Part shown: in pieces, positions 9,107 through 18,280 of the stretch
Layout of the letters: each line of letters opens with the position of its first letter
How positions within the stretch are numbered: position 1 is the first letter of the stretch
Assembly (NCBI GenBank): GCA_003482905.1
Contig: DMXM01000028.1
Location: 49,703-113,702 of the forward strand
DNA length: 64,000 bases
Direction: 5' to 3'
Source: Elusimicrobiota bacterium
GTDB taxonomy: Bacteria > Elusimicrobiota > Elusimicrobia > Elusimicrobiales > UBA9959
Position numbers and translations under genes: made by a program
Notes under the pieces: model-generated
Databases searched by the model: none
Seen by the model: the letters and a program-made list of their open reading frames with translations, nothing else
What the model was told of the DNA's origin: nothing

Positions 9107-10261
9107 CTAATTTCGGAGCCACTTTACGGGGTCAAGGGCCCTGTCGCCCTTACGTATCTCGAAATAGACGGCGCTGCCGGCCGAGCGCCGGCCGGAACTG
9201 ACGGCCTGGGTATCTTCCCCGGCCAGTCCCAGCTGGGCGGCGGCGCCCACAGCCTGCCCTTTGGCCACGTCTATGCGGCTGAGGAGGCCGTAGATGGTGA
9301 AAAATCCTTTTTCATGGTCGACTATCACCACGTTGCCGTAGGTGCGGAAAGGCCCGGCATATATGATCTTCCCGTCCAGGGCGGCGGTTACGGGGGCGTC
9401 GGTCTCGGTGGCTATGCGTATGCCTTCCCGGACTATCCAGGTTTTAAGCCCCGGCACGTCCTCCCGGCCGAAGCGGCTTATGATCTTGCCGACGGCTGGC
9501 CAAGCCAGGGAGCCGCGCGCTATGGAGAGCTCGCCGGCCACTTCATTACTGCGGTAGGGAGCCTGCTTCTGCAGTTTTTTGACCAGGCGGGTAAGCCCCA
9601 GGGCCGCGTTCTGTAAATTCTCGAGCTCCCGGGCCAGCTTGGCCTGCTGCTCGCGCGCTTTTTCCAGCTCGCCCTGCTTGCTCTTGACCATGCTCTTGCG
9701 GGCCGAACTCTGCTTGCGCAGCAGCTCCTGGCGCGACTTAAGCTCCGCGCCCACGGCCCGCAGCGTGGTGAGGTCCCGGTTGACGCGGACGCTCTCGCCT
9801 TTTATGCGCGTCAGCAGCGCCCGCTTATTGATCATGGCCGAGCGCATCAGCATGTCCTTGGAAATGTCCCGCGTGCCGTAGTACGGGTAATAAAAATCCT
9901 TCTGGAGCGAGAACATCACCAGTTCGCCGGTTATATCCCCGGCCAGCTCCTTTTTAGCTTTCTCGAGCGAATCGTACTTCTGCCTGGCGTCCCCGGAGCG
10001 CGAGCGCGACCTTTCCAGCTGACCTTCCAGTTCCGCCCGGCGGGAGGCGGTCTGTTTTTCCTCTTTTTTAAGGCCGCTTATTTCGGTGACTATGCGTTCT
10101 TCCTCGGCCCGGTAAAGGTCCAATTCCCTTTTCTTATCCTCAAGCTGGCGGTTTATCTCCTCCAGGCTCTTCTTTTGGGGATTGGCGGAGGCCTGCGCCC
10201 CGGCGAGGGCCGGGAGCAGCATAATAAGCGTGAAAATCGTCAGGAGCGGGCGTTTTTCCAT
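9107..10261 (-). CDS. EnvC-like coiled-coil protein with degenerate LytM/M23 domain
   Basis: Signal peptide MEKRPLLTIFTLIMLLPALAGAQA (start moved to ATG 10261). Long coiled coil. The C-terminal M23 fold lacks canonical metal ligands (GIRIATE, VIVDHEKGFFTIYGLLS). Sits between ftsX and ctp. Confidence 0.75.
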   Translation of the reverse strand: MEKRPLLTIFTLIMLLPALAGAQASANPQKKSLEEINRQLEDKKRELDLYRAEEERIVTEISGLKKEEKQTASRRAELEGQLERSRSRSGDARQKYDSLEKAKKELAGDITGELVMFSLQKDFYYPYYGTRDISKDMLMRSAMINKRALLTRIKGESVRVNRDLTTLRAVGAELKSRQELLRKQSSARKSMVKSKQGELEKAREQQAKLARELENLQNAALGLTRLVKKLQKQAPYRSNEVAGELSIARGSLAWPAVGKIISRFGREDVPGLKTWIVREGIRIATETDAPVTAALDGKIIYAGPFRTYGNVVIVDHEKGFFTIYGLLSRIDVAKGQAVGAAAQLGLAGEDTQAVSSGRRSAGSAVYFEIRKGDRALDPVKWLRN

Positions 10262-11037
10262 TGGCAAAGCGTCCAGCCGAGCAGGGCCCCCGACACCGCC
10301 ACGGCCGCCTGCCAGAGCGGGTTGGGCCATACCCAGACGGGGCTCAGGTATTTGACGGGGTAGACCACCGCGTAAGCGGCCAGGGCGCTGGCGGCGGCTC
10401 CCGCGCCGCCGGCCAGGAACCAGATCTTGTCAGCTACGAGCGAAGCGGCCAGCGCCGCCGGGGTATGCCCGTGGGTAAGCACCATGGCCGTCATCACCAT
10501 AAAAGCCAGGAAGGCCAGCGCCAGGCCCAGCGTTATCAAATGCCCGTAAAAAAGGGAATGCATCACCGCGTAAGCCTCCAGCGGCTTGTACTTGATGTCG
10601 CCCACGCCGCTTATGCGCCAGGCGGCGTCGGTCCAGGCGTTCAGGTCGCCCAGTGCCTCCTCGCCTATGGCGACCTCCCAGGTATCCGGCATGGGGTTGG
10701 AGCCGGGGGACAGCACCGAGGCCACAAGCTCCGGTTCCTCGGCCTTCAGCCTGGCCAGGCGTTCCTGCCGGCCCACAAAAACCGCCTGCCGCGTGCCTTT
10801 CAGGGCGGCCAGCGCGGCGCCTATGGCCTCGTCCGTCTCGCGGGACCGCTCGTCGCGCACGACTATAATGCGGAAATCATCTTTGAGCAGCATGGAGATC
10901 TCGCGCATCTGCGCGTGCATAAAAAGGAGGAGCTCGGCCAGCAGCCCGGCCGAAAAAGCCAGCAGAAAGGCCACCCTATACCCCTTGCGGGCTTTTTGGG
11001 CGTGATGGTTGTTCTTGGAATGTCTGTGTTCGTCCAT
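10240..11037 (-). CDS. ftsX: cell-division permease FtsX-like
   Basis: Basic N-tail, TM1, an extracytoplasmic loop (IIVVRDERSRETDEAIGAALAALKGTRQAVFVGRQERLARLKAEEPEL) and 3 C-terminal TMs. Overlaps the EnvC-like gene by 22 nt. Confidence 0.75.
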   Translation of the reverse strand: MDEHRHSKNNHHAQKARKGYRVAFLLAFSAGLLAELLLFMHAQMREISMLLKDDFRIIVVRDERSRETDEAIGAALAALKGTRQAVFVGRQERLARLKAEEPELVASVLSPGSNPMPDTWEVAIGEEALGDLNAWTDAAWRISGVGDIKYKPLEAYAVMHSLFYGHLITLGLALAFLAFMVMTAMVLTHGHTPAALAASLVADKIWFLAGGAGAAASALAAYAVVYPVKYLSPVWVWPNPLWQAAVAVSGALLGWTLCQWKNARS

Positions 11038-11121
11038 AAAACTGAATTATAACTTTTATACGGCGGCAGGTAAATCCGACGGCGGAATTCCGGGGGAATA
11101 TTGCGCTTTTGATAGATATTT

Positions 11122-12000
11122 CTACAGGGAGGCGTCGTGGAATTCTATGGAGGCGACGAACGGCGAGCGGGAGAGCTCGCCTATCATGTCCACCGGCAGG
11201 GTGCCGGTGACGTCGAAGACGCTGAACTTGGAATCGGCGCCTTTCCATGGGCGGCGGAACCAGGTCTCGGCCGCGAAGCCGTGACTGTCGGTAAGGCCTT
11301 TTATGAAACCGGGCACGAATTTATTAGGATGGTTCTGGTAGGGCACTTTCAGGGTGAACCGGACCTTAGTCTTTAAGGGCACGCCGGCGCTTTGTTTCTC
11401 TGTCGCGGCTTTCAGCACGCCCTTCACGCGAGAGATCTTTACCAGGTTGGCCGCCGGGGCCCAGCCCAGCAACACGGTCCTGCGGGAGCTGCGCGAATAA
11501 AAGGTTTTTTCGCCGACGAACCGGAACCCGCCCTCGGCCTCCAGCCTGGCGAGCAGTCTGGCGTAGTCCTTATCCGCCGGCGTGACGCTCATAAAAACGT
11601 ATTCCCTGGCGTACTTTCCGGGAACGCCGCCCAGCGGCCACACGAAAGAACCGACCGGACCGGACTCGCCGGCGAAAGTCACCTTGTAATGGCCGGCCGG
11701 CAGTAAGGGCATCTCCCTTTTAGGGACGGCGGGGGCCGCCTTAACTGCGGGGACGGGGTTCCTCAGGGTGGGCACGGCCGAGATGGGCGCGTCGCGGTAG
11801 CCGCTGAAGTCCGTAACCACCTTCATGGTGTTTTTGGAGTTAAGATAACCGTCCGAAGTTTCTATGAAATCCTGGAAAGCCGGGTCTGAAAATGACCCGC
11901 CCCCGATTATACGGGGATCCACCGGCAGGCTGTCCTGGGCGGCGCAGGGCGCGGCACAACAGGCCGCCGCCAGGAAAGTGATCATCAGGTTTTTTTTCAT
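11122..12000 (-). CDS. hypothetical secreted protein
   Basis: 292-aa ORF with signal peptide MKKNLMITFLAAACCAAPCAAQ. No recognisable domain. Preceded by the structured leader at 12020-12118. Confidence 0.6.
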   Translation of the reverse strand: MKKNLMITFLAAACCAAPCAAQDSLPVDPRIIGGGSFSDPAFQDFIETSDGYLNSKNTMKVVTDFSGYRDAPISAVPTLRNPVPAVKAAPAVPKREMPLLPAGHYKVTFAGESGPVGSFVWPLGGVPGKYAREYVFMSVTPADKDYARLLARLEAEGGFRFVGEKTFYSRSSRRTVLLGWAPAANLVKISRVKGVLKAATEKQSAGVPLKTKVRFTLKVPYQNHPNKFVPGFIKGLTDSHGFAAETWFRRPWKGADSKFSVFDVTGTLPVDMIGELSRSPFVASIEFHDASL

Positions 12001-12019
12001 TGTTATCGTTTATCCACAC

Positions 12020-12118
12020 AAAAAAAGAGAAACGAAATTTACATTCCGTTTCCCCTGGTTACAGCGGGTTAAGGCCCGCCGGTGGATTCTCCCCCGCCTG
12101 ATCGGGGGATTACAAGGG
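12020..12118 (-). promoter_or_regulatory. candidate riboswitch/attenuator: three-way junction followed by an intrinsic terminator
   Basis: Minus strand: P1 CCCUUG/CAGGGG; P2 UCCCCCG-AUCAGG-CGGGGGA; J2/3 GAAUCCAC; P3 CGGCGGG-CCUUAA-CCCGCUG. This is followed by hairpin GAAACGGAA-UGUAAA-UUUCGUUUC plus UCUUUUUUU, ending 20 nt before ATG 12000. Confidence 0.5.
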
Positions 12119-12235
12119 TGCTGCGACGACTACACTACTAGTTTATATTTGTTCAAGAAAGAACAATAGGGGCATAGGACCCAGAGCGCGCGGCAAAAAG
12201 GGCCTACCCGCCCCTGGGCCCTTTGGCCCGGCCGC

Positions 12236-12282
12236 TTGACAGTGACCGCCGGGGCTGTTATAATTTATTTACCGGTAGGTAA
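12236..12282 (+). promoter_or_regulatory. sigma70-type promoter plus palindromic operator candidate for the efflux operon
   Basis: TTGACA (12236-12241), a 17-nt spacer, then TATAAT (12259-12264). Palindrome TTACC-GGTA-GGTAA (12269-12282) lies between the -10 box and ATG 12291, as expected for TetR autoregulation. Confidence 0.6.
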
Positions 12283-12290
12283 GTTTTAAT

Positions 12291-14156
12291 ATGAAAAAAC
12301 GAACAACACCAAAAGAGACCAAAGGCGACAGGACCCGCCAGCGGATATTACAGACCACCACTATTCTGATGGCGGAAAGAGGCCCGGACGCCGTCTCCAT
12401 GCGGGAGATATCGGCTAAACTCAACATTACCAAGCCGGTACTCTATTACTACTTCAAAGATAAGGACGAACTTATAAAGGCCGCTTTCGTCGAGGGGACC
12501 AAGCATATCAAGGAGCTCAACGTCGCCATAGAGGACCCGGGGTTCACGCTGGAGCAGAAATTGGAAAAGATCTTCTCCAACCACCTGGACTTCATAAAAC
12601 GCTATCCCGATATGCCCAAATGCGCGCTGAAGATCATGTCCTCCCCTGAACAGGGCGTGCTGGCCGAAATGGCGAGAGAACTAAAACAACGCAACCGCAA
12701 AACCCTGAAAGCCATGCTGGCGAAAGAGTCCCTTCCCCCCCACGGGGCCGACAATATCCTGCATATGATAAGCGCCGTGATAACCCACTTCATGATAGAG
12801 GCCCGCGAGAACGGCGTGGCCAGCCTGGACAGCAAGCTGCCCGGCCGCCTGGCCCGCCTGATAGTGGCCGGGGCCAAGCACATGAAATCCGTTCTGGCGA
12901 TACTGCTGCTCACCCCCATCCTGGCCGCGGCCGCGCCACAGCCGCTGACCCTGGACGGGGCCGTGAACGCCGCCCTGAAGAACAACGCCTCCGTGGTCAC
13001 CGCGGAAGAAACCCGCCGCATATATAAGGAAAAGGTGCGCGAATACTGGGGCTCCGTGTTCCCCCAGATAGGCGCGGCGCTTCAGTACAGCCGGTATCTG
13101 GACAAACCCAACGCCGACATACTCGGGGCCAAGGACGCGAACATTTATACGGGCTCGCTGGACGTCAACCAGATGCTCTGGGCCGGCGGCAAGGTGAGCA
13201 CCGGCATAAAGATGGCCACCATCTATTCCAACGCCAGCGGCGAGCAGCTCAAGACCGCGCAGAAAGCCGTTGCCCGATCGGTAAAGCAGGTTTATTATTC
13301 GGTGCTGCTGGCCCGCGCCATGGCCGGCGTGCAGAAGGAGTCGCTGGACCTGGCGCGCCAGCACCTGGCCACCATAGAGGCCCAGTACAAACAGGGCATC
13401 GCCAGCGACCTGGCCATGCTGCGGCAGAAGGTGGAGGTCTCCAATACGGAGCCCGCCCTGACGCAGGCGCAGAACCTCTACGAGATAGGCCTCGTAGAGC
13501 TTAAGAACCTTATAGGTCTGGACCCGGAGGCGGAGATAGACCTGACCGACGGCTTCAACTGCGGGCGCCGCGTTCCCGGCGAGATAGGCGGCCTGTACGC
13601 CGCGGCCCTGGCCGCGCGCCCTGACTACCGCAACATGCGCTACCAGCGCGACCTGTACCACGAGATGGTCGGCATAGAACGGGCCGGGCATTTCCCCTAC
13701 CTGAGCGCCTACGCCTCCAGGCAATATTACGGCTCCAGGGAATCCGGCTTCCCCCGGGGTCCGGACCGCACCTGGAGCACCACGGCGGGGGTAAGGCTTT
13801 CGCTGCCCATCTTCGCCGGCGGCGCGGTAAGCTCCCGCACGCGCCAGGCCAGGCTGCAAGAAGGCATTGCCGACACCAACCTGCGCGAACTGGAGCGCAA
13901 GATAAAGATAGACGTAAAGAAGGCCTGGCTCTCGATGAAAGAAGCCTCCGAGCGCCTTGATTCGCAGGGCACGGCGGTGGAACAGGCCCGCAGGGCCCTC
14001 GCCGCCACCGAGGTGCGGTTCCGCAACGGCCTCTCCGGCCAGCTCGACCTCAACGACGCCACCCTGGCGCTGAACCGGGCCCAGACGCTTTACAACCAGG
14101 CCCAGCACGACGCCTGCTCGGCGGACGCGCAGCTGAAATGGGCCCTTGGCGAATAA
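12291..14156 (+). CDS. TetR/AcrR-family regulator (aa 1-197) fused in frame, without a stop codon, to a TolC-like outer-membrane efflux factor (aa 198-621)
   Basis: TetR HTH: RILQTTTILMAERGPDAVSMREISAKLNITKPVLYYYFKDKDEL. From M198 (ATG 12882), MKSVLAILLLTPILAAAAPQPLTLDGAVNAALKNNASV is a signal peptide plus TolC/OEP repeats. MFP and RND genes follow. Confidence 0.75.
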   Translation: MKKRTTPKETKGDRTRQRILQTTTILMAERGPDAVSMREISAKLNITKPVLYYYFKDKDELIKAAFVEGTKHIKELNVAIEDPGFTLEQKLEKIFSNHLDFIKRYPDMPKCALKIMSSPEQGVLAEMARELKQRNRKTLKAMLAKESLPPHGADNILHMISAVITHFMIEARENGVASLDSKLPGRLARLIVAGAKHMKSVLAILLLTPILAAAAPQPLTLDGAVNAALKNNASVVTAEETRRIYKEKVREYWGSVFPQIGAALQYSRYLDKPNADILGAKDANIYTGSLDVNQMLWAGGKVSTGIKMATIYSNASGEQLKTAQKAVARSVKQVYYSVLLARAMAGVQKESLDLARQHLATIEAQYKQGIASDLAMLRQKVEVSNTEPALTQAQNLYEIGLVELKNLIGLDPEAEIDLTDGFNCGRRVPGEIGGLYAAALAARPDYRNMRYQRDLYHEMVGIERAGHFPYLSAYASRQYYGSRESGFPRGPDRTWSTTAGVRLSLPIFAGGAVSSRTRQARLQEGIADTNLRELERKIKIDVKKAWLSMKEASERLDSQGTAVEQARRALAATEVRFRNGLSGQLDLNDATLALNRAQTLYNQAQHDACSADAQLKWALGE

Positions 14157-14174
14157 GGGGACTTTAAGGAAAAT

Positions 14175-15062
14175 ATGAAAAATATAAAACTCAACCTGAT
14201 AATTTTAAGTCTCGCCGCCGCGGCGCTGGCGGCCGGCTGCAAGAACAAGGCCGTCGAGGCCCTCAATAGCCTGGAGAAGGACCGCTTCCTGGTGAAGACC
14301 GAGAAAGCCGCCATCCGCAACCTGCAGGAATATATACTGCTGACCGGCTCCGTCAGGGCGCTGGACGAAGCCACCCTTTACCCGCGCATCTCCGGCAAGC
14401 TGCTGCGCAATATCCTCAGGGAAGGCGACCCGGTGAAGAAGGACGAGGCCGTGGCCCTGGTGGAGCGCGACGAGCCGGGCGTGGTCTACGAACCGGCCCC
14501 GGTGCCCTCCACCCTGAGCGGCGTAGTGGGCCGCGTTTACCAGGACAGCGGCGCCAACGTGACGCCCCAGACGCCCATAGCCCTGGTGGTGAACCAGAGC
14601 CAGGTGCGCGTAGCCGTGGACGTGCCCGAGAAATATATAGGCAAGGTCTTCAGGGACCAGGCCGCCGCGATAAAAGTGGACGCTTTCCCCGACAGGACTT
14701 TCGGCGGCAAGGTCTACCGGGTCAGCCCGGTGGTGGATTCCCGCTCCCGCAACACCGTAGTGGAAGTGCTGGTGGACAACTCCGACGCCCGCCTGAAGTC
14801 CGGCATGTTCGCCGAGGTGCGCCTTATAGTGGCCTCGCGCGGGGCGGCGCTGTCCGTGCCGGCCGGGGCGGTGGTCTCCCAGGACGGCGGGGAGTTCGTA
14901 TTCGTGCCGGCCGCCGGCGGCCTGGCCGCGCGCGTGCCGGTTAAGACCGGCATAAGGACCAGCGAGTTCACGCAGATCAGCGGCGTGCGCGAGGGCGCCG
15001 ACGTGGTGACCTTCGGCCTCTACGGCCTGAAGGACGGCAGCAAGATAAAGGTGCAGAATTAA
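14175..15062 (+). CDS. RND efflux periplasmic adaptor (membrane fusion protein, HlyD family)
   Basis: 295 aa. Lipobox-like LAAGC, then a lipoyl/beta-barrel-type sequence (GKVYRVSPVVDSRSRNTVVEVLVDN...LKSGMFAEV). Sits between the OMF and RND pump genes. Confidence 0.85.
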   Translation: MKNIKLNLIILSLAAAALAAGCKNKAVEALNSLEKDRFLVKTEKAAIRNLQEYILLTGSVRALDEATLYPRISGKLLRNILREGDPVKKDEAVALVERDEPGVVYEPAPVPSTLSGVVGRVYQDSGANVTPQTPIALVVNQSQVRVAVDVPEKYIGKVFRDQAAAIKVDAFPDRTFGGKVYRVSPVVDSRSRNTVVEVLVDNSDARLKSGMFAEVRLIVASRGAALSVPAGAVVSQDGGEFVFVPAAGGLAARVPVKTGIRTSEFTQISGVREGADVVTFGLYGLKDGSKIKVQN

Positions 15063-15080
15063 GCCGCCGGGGCCAAGCCT

Positions 15081-18000
15081 ATGAAAATCACCGATATTTC
15101 GGTCAGCAAGCCCATCTTTACCACCATGATGATACTCACCATAGTGGTGCTGGGCGCCTTCGCCTACCTGCGCCTGGGCATAGACCTGATGCCCAACGTG
15201 GAATTCCCTTACGTGATGATCCAGACCACCCTGCGCGGCGCCGGCCCCGAGGAGATCGAGTCCTCCGTCACCAAGCCGATAGAAGAGGCGGTGAACACCA
15301 TCTCCGGCATAGAGGATATCAACTCCACCAGCTACGAGGGTATGTCCCTGGTCATGATCAAGTTCGTCCTTGAAAAGAACGGGGACGTGGCCGCGCAGGA
15401 AGTGCGCGACAAGGTGAACTCCGTCCTGAGCCAGCTGCCGCTGGGCACCAACCAGCCGGTGATAGGCAAGCTCGACATCGGCGCCAGCGCGGTGCTCAAC
15501 GTAGTGGTCTACGGCAACCGCGACCTTATAGACCTGACCCATATCTCCAGGAAGAACATCAAGGAGAACATAGAGACCGTAAGCGGGGTGGGCGCCATAG
15601 ATATAGTGGGCGGCCGCGAGCGCGAGATCCACCTGATCGTCAACCCGCTGAAGCTCTCGGCGCTGAACCTGTCCATCCGGGCCGTGAAGGACGCCATCAC
15701 CCAGCAGAACATAGAGATCCCGGGCGGCAAGGTGGAGCAGAAGGATAAGGAATTCGTGCTGCGCACGCTGGGCCGCATCAAGGACGTTAAGGATTTCAAC
15801 GACATCGTCGTCGCCTCCATAAACGGCACCCAGGTCCGGGTCTCCGACATCGGCCGCGTGGTGGACACCGGGGCCCGCATGACCACGTCCTCCTTCTATA
15901 ACGGCCGGCCCTCGGTTACGCTGGTGATAAAAAAGCAGTCCGGCACCAACACCGTGGCCGTGGTAAAGAACATAAAAGAACGCATGGACGAGCTAAAGGG
16001 CGCCCTTCCCCCCGGAGTGGAGACCACTATCGTCGGCGACCAGTCCGTGTTCATAAAGAGCTCGGTCAACACCGTCACCGAGCACCTGGTGCTGGGCGCC
16101 GTGTTCGCCGCCCTGATGGTGCTGCTCTTCCTGGGCGATTTCCGCTCCACCATCATCTCGTCGCTGGCCATCCCCACCTCGCTCATCGGCACGCTGATCT
16201 TCATGCAGGCGGCCGGCTTCACGCTGAACACCATGACGCTGCTGGGCCTGACCATAGCCGTGGGCATAGTGGTCGACGACGCCATCGTCATGCTGGAGAA
16301 CATCTACCGCCACATGGAAGAGCATAAGATGAGCCCGCTTAAGGCCGCCCTGGACGGCTCGCGCGAGATCGGCTTCGCCGTGGTTGCCATGTCGGCGGCC
16401 CTGCTGGTCATATTCATCCCGTTGGCCTATATGGGCGGCATCATAGGCCGCTTCCTCAAAAGCTACGGCCTCACCATAGCCTTCGCCGTGGGCCTGAGCG
16501 TCTTTGTGGCGCTGACGCTCACCCCCATGCTCTGCGCGCTGTTCCTGAAGATCAGGCCGGGCGCCAAGACCCGGCTGGAGAGGTTCACCGACCATATCAA
16601 CGAATGGCTGTCATCGCGCTACATCACCATGCTGGAGTGGGCCCTCGCCCGCCGCAAACGCATGGTGGCGTACGCGGCGCTCATCATGGTCTCCATGGTG
16701 CCGCTGTTCATGTTCCTCGGCAAGGACTTCATGCCCGCCGACGACACCAGCCTGTACCAGATAAACATCACCGCGCCCGAAGGCACCAGCCTGGGAAAAA
16801 TGAAGGAACTGTTCGCCCAGGTGGAGACCGAGACGCGCCAGCTCCCCCACGTAAAGAACATTCTGTCCTCCATTGGCACCGGCACCGGCGGCCACTTCGG
16901 CGGCTCGGCCCCCAACGAGGGCTACGTGCTGGTTGAGCTCGACGACCTGAAGGACAGGGACCTCCCGATGCAGAAACTCATGCTGGCCTCCCGCGAAATG
17001 ATGGCCAAGTACAAGGGCCTGCGCGTGGCGGTAATGCCCGCCGGCGGCTTCGGCGGCGGCGACGCCGAACTGATGTACAACATCTCGGGCCCGGACCTGA
17101 ACAAGCTGCAGGAATATTCCTCGGCCGTGGCCGAGAAGCTGCGCGGGGTAAAAGGCGCGGTGGACGTCGATACCAGCTTCTCCTACGCCAAGCCGGAGTA
17201 CCGCGTGGAGATAGACCGCAGCCGCGCGCACGACCTGGGCGTGAAGGTGGAGGATATCGCCACCTCGCTCAGGACGCTGGTGGGCGGCGAAGAGGACATC
17301 ACCAAGTTCAAGGACGGCGACGAGCTCTACCAGGTGCGCCTGCGCGCCGAGGAAACGTTCCGCGACCGCAAAGAGGCGATAGAGGCGCTGATGGTGCCCG
17401 CCGGCACAGGCCGCGTGGCGCGGCTCGACAGCGTGGCGCGGGTGGTGGAGGGGGTGGGCCCCACCCAGATAGCCCGCTACAACCGCCAGCGCAACGTACA
17501 GGTGAAGGCCAACGTCGACGGCATCCCCGTCAACAGGCTGATAGCCGAGGCGGACAAGGCCTTTAAAGAACTGAACGTCCCCCCGGAGTACAGGGCCGGC
17601 ATATACGGCCGGGCCAAGGAACTCGGCAAGATGTTGAAAGAGTTCGGCATAGCCTTCGCGCTGGCCTTCATCTTCATCTACATCGTGCTGGCCAGCCAGT
17701 TCGAGAGCTTCGTCTACCCCGTCTCCATCATGATAGTGCTGCCGCTGACCATCCCCTTCGCTATCATCTCGCTGTTCCTGACGGGCCAGAACCTGACGCT
17801 GTTCTCCATTATGGGCATGTTCATGCTTTTCGGCATCGTCACCAAGAACTCCATCCTGCAGGTGGACTATACCAATACCCTGCGGGCCAAAGGCCTGCCG
17901 CGCCACCAGGCCATGATAGAGGCCAACAGGACCCGGCTGCGCCCCATCCTGATGACCACGCTGACGCTGATAGCCGGCATGATACCGACGGCGCTGGGCA

Positions 18001-18170
18001 CCGGCGCGGGCTCTGGCACGCGCCGCACCATGGCGCTGGTCATCATAGGCGGCCAGTCGCTGTCGCTCCTGATCACCCTGCTGATGACACCCGTCACCTA
18101 CTCCCTGTTCGACGACCTGGAGATCTGGTTCCGGAAAAAGTACATGGGCGGCGAAGCCCCGCAAGCCTAA
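15081..18170 (+). CDS. RND efflux transporter permease (AcrB/HAE family)
   Basis: 1029 aa with the 12-TM AcrB architecture. Motifs: MKITDISVSKPIFTTMMIL, GLTIAVGIVVDDAIVMLENI, FGIVTKNSILQVDY. Confidence 0.9.
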   Translation: MKITDISVSKPIFTTMMILTIVVLGAFAYLRLGIDLMPNVEFPYVMIQTTLRGAGPEEIESSVTKPIEEAVNTISGIEDINSTSYEGMSLVMIKFVLEKNGDVAAQEVRDKVNSVLSQLPLGTNQPVIGKLDIGASAVLNVVVYGNRDLIDLTHISRKNIKENIETVSGVGAIDIVGGREREIHLIVNPLKLSALNLSIRAVKDAITQQNIEIPGGKVEQKDKEFVLRTLGRIKDVKDFNDIVVASINGTQVRVSDIGRVVDTGARMTTSSFYNGRPSVTLVIKKQSGTNTVAVVKNIKERMDELKGALPPGVETTIVGDQSVFIKSSVNTVTEHLVLGAVFAALMVLLFLGDFRSTIISSLAIPTSLIGTLIFMQAAGFTLNTMTLLGLTIAVGIVVDDAIVMLENIYRHMEEHKMSPLKAALDGSREIGFAVVAMSAALLVIFIPLAYMGGIIGRFLKSYGLTIAFAVGLSVFVALTLTPMLCALFLKIRPGAKTRLERFTDHINEWLSSRYITMLEWALARRKRMVAYAALIMVSMVPLFMFLGKDFMPADDTSLYQINITAPEGTSLGKMKELFAQVETETRQLPHVKNILSSIGTGTGGHFGGSAPNEGYVLVELDDLKDRDLPMQKLMLASREMMAKYKGLRVAVMPAGGFGGGDAELMYNISGPDLNKLQEYSSAVAEKLRGVKGAVDVDTSFSYAKPEYRVEIDRSRAHDLGVKVEDIATSLRTLVGGEEDITKFKDGDELYQVRLRAEETFRDRKEAIEALMVPAGTGRVARLDSVARVVEGVGPTQIARYNRQRNVQVKANVDGIPVNRLIAEADKAFKELNVPPEYRAGIYGRAKELGKMLKEFGIAFALAFIFIYIVLASQFESFVYPVSIMIVLPLTIPFAIISLFLTGQNLTLFSIMGMFMLFGIVTKNSILQVDYTNTLRAKGLPRHQAMIEANRTRLRPILMTTLTLIAGMIPTALGTGAGSGTRRTMALVIIGGQSLSLLITLLMTPVTYSLFDDLEIWFRKKYMGGEAPQA

Positions 18171-18193
18171 GCCTGAGGGCCGCGGCCACAAAT

Positions 18194-18222
18194 AAAAAGG
18201 GAAGCGAAAGCCTCCCTTTTTT
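18194..18222 (+). terminator. intrinsic terminator after the RND gene
   Basis: Stem GGGAAGC-GAAA-GCCTCCC (one mismatch) followed by TTTTTT. Confidence 0.6.
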
Positions 18223-18280
18223 ATTTGCCCGGGAAAAACGATATAATTGGGACATTGTTGATCAAGGAGACGCCATACCG

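Noticed and set aside
12121-12180. Explicit promoter for the riboswitch-like leader (TTGAAC ... TAGTGTAGT)
   Set aside because: No -35/-10 pair with convincing spacing could be found by eye. The transcription start therefore remains undetermined.
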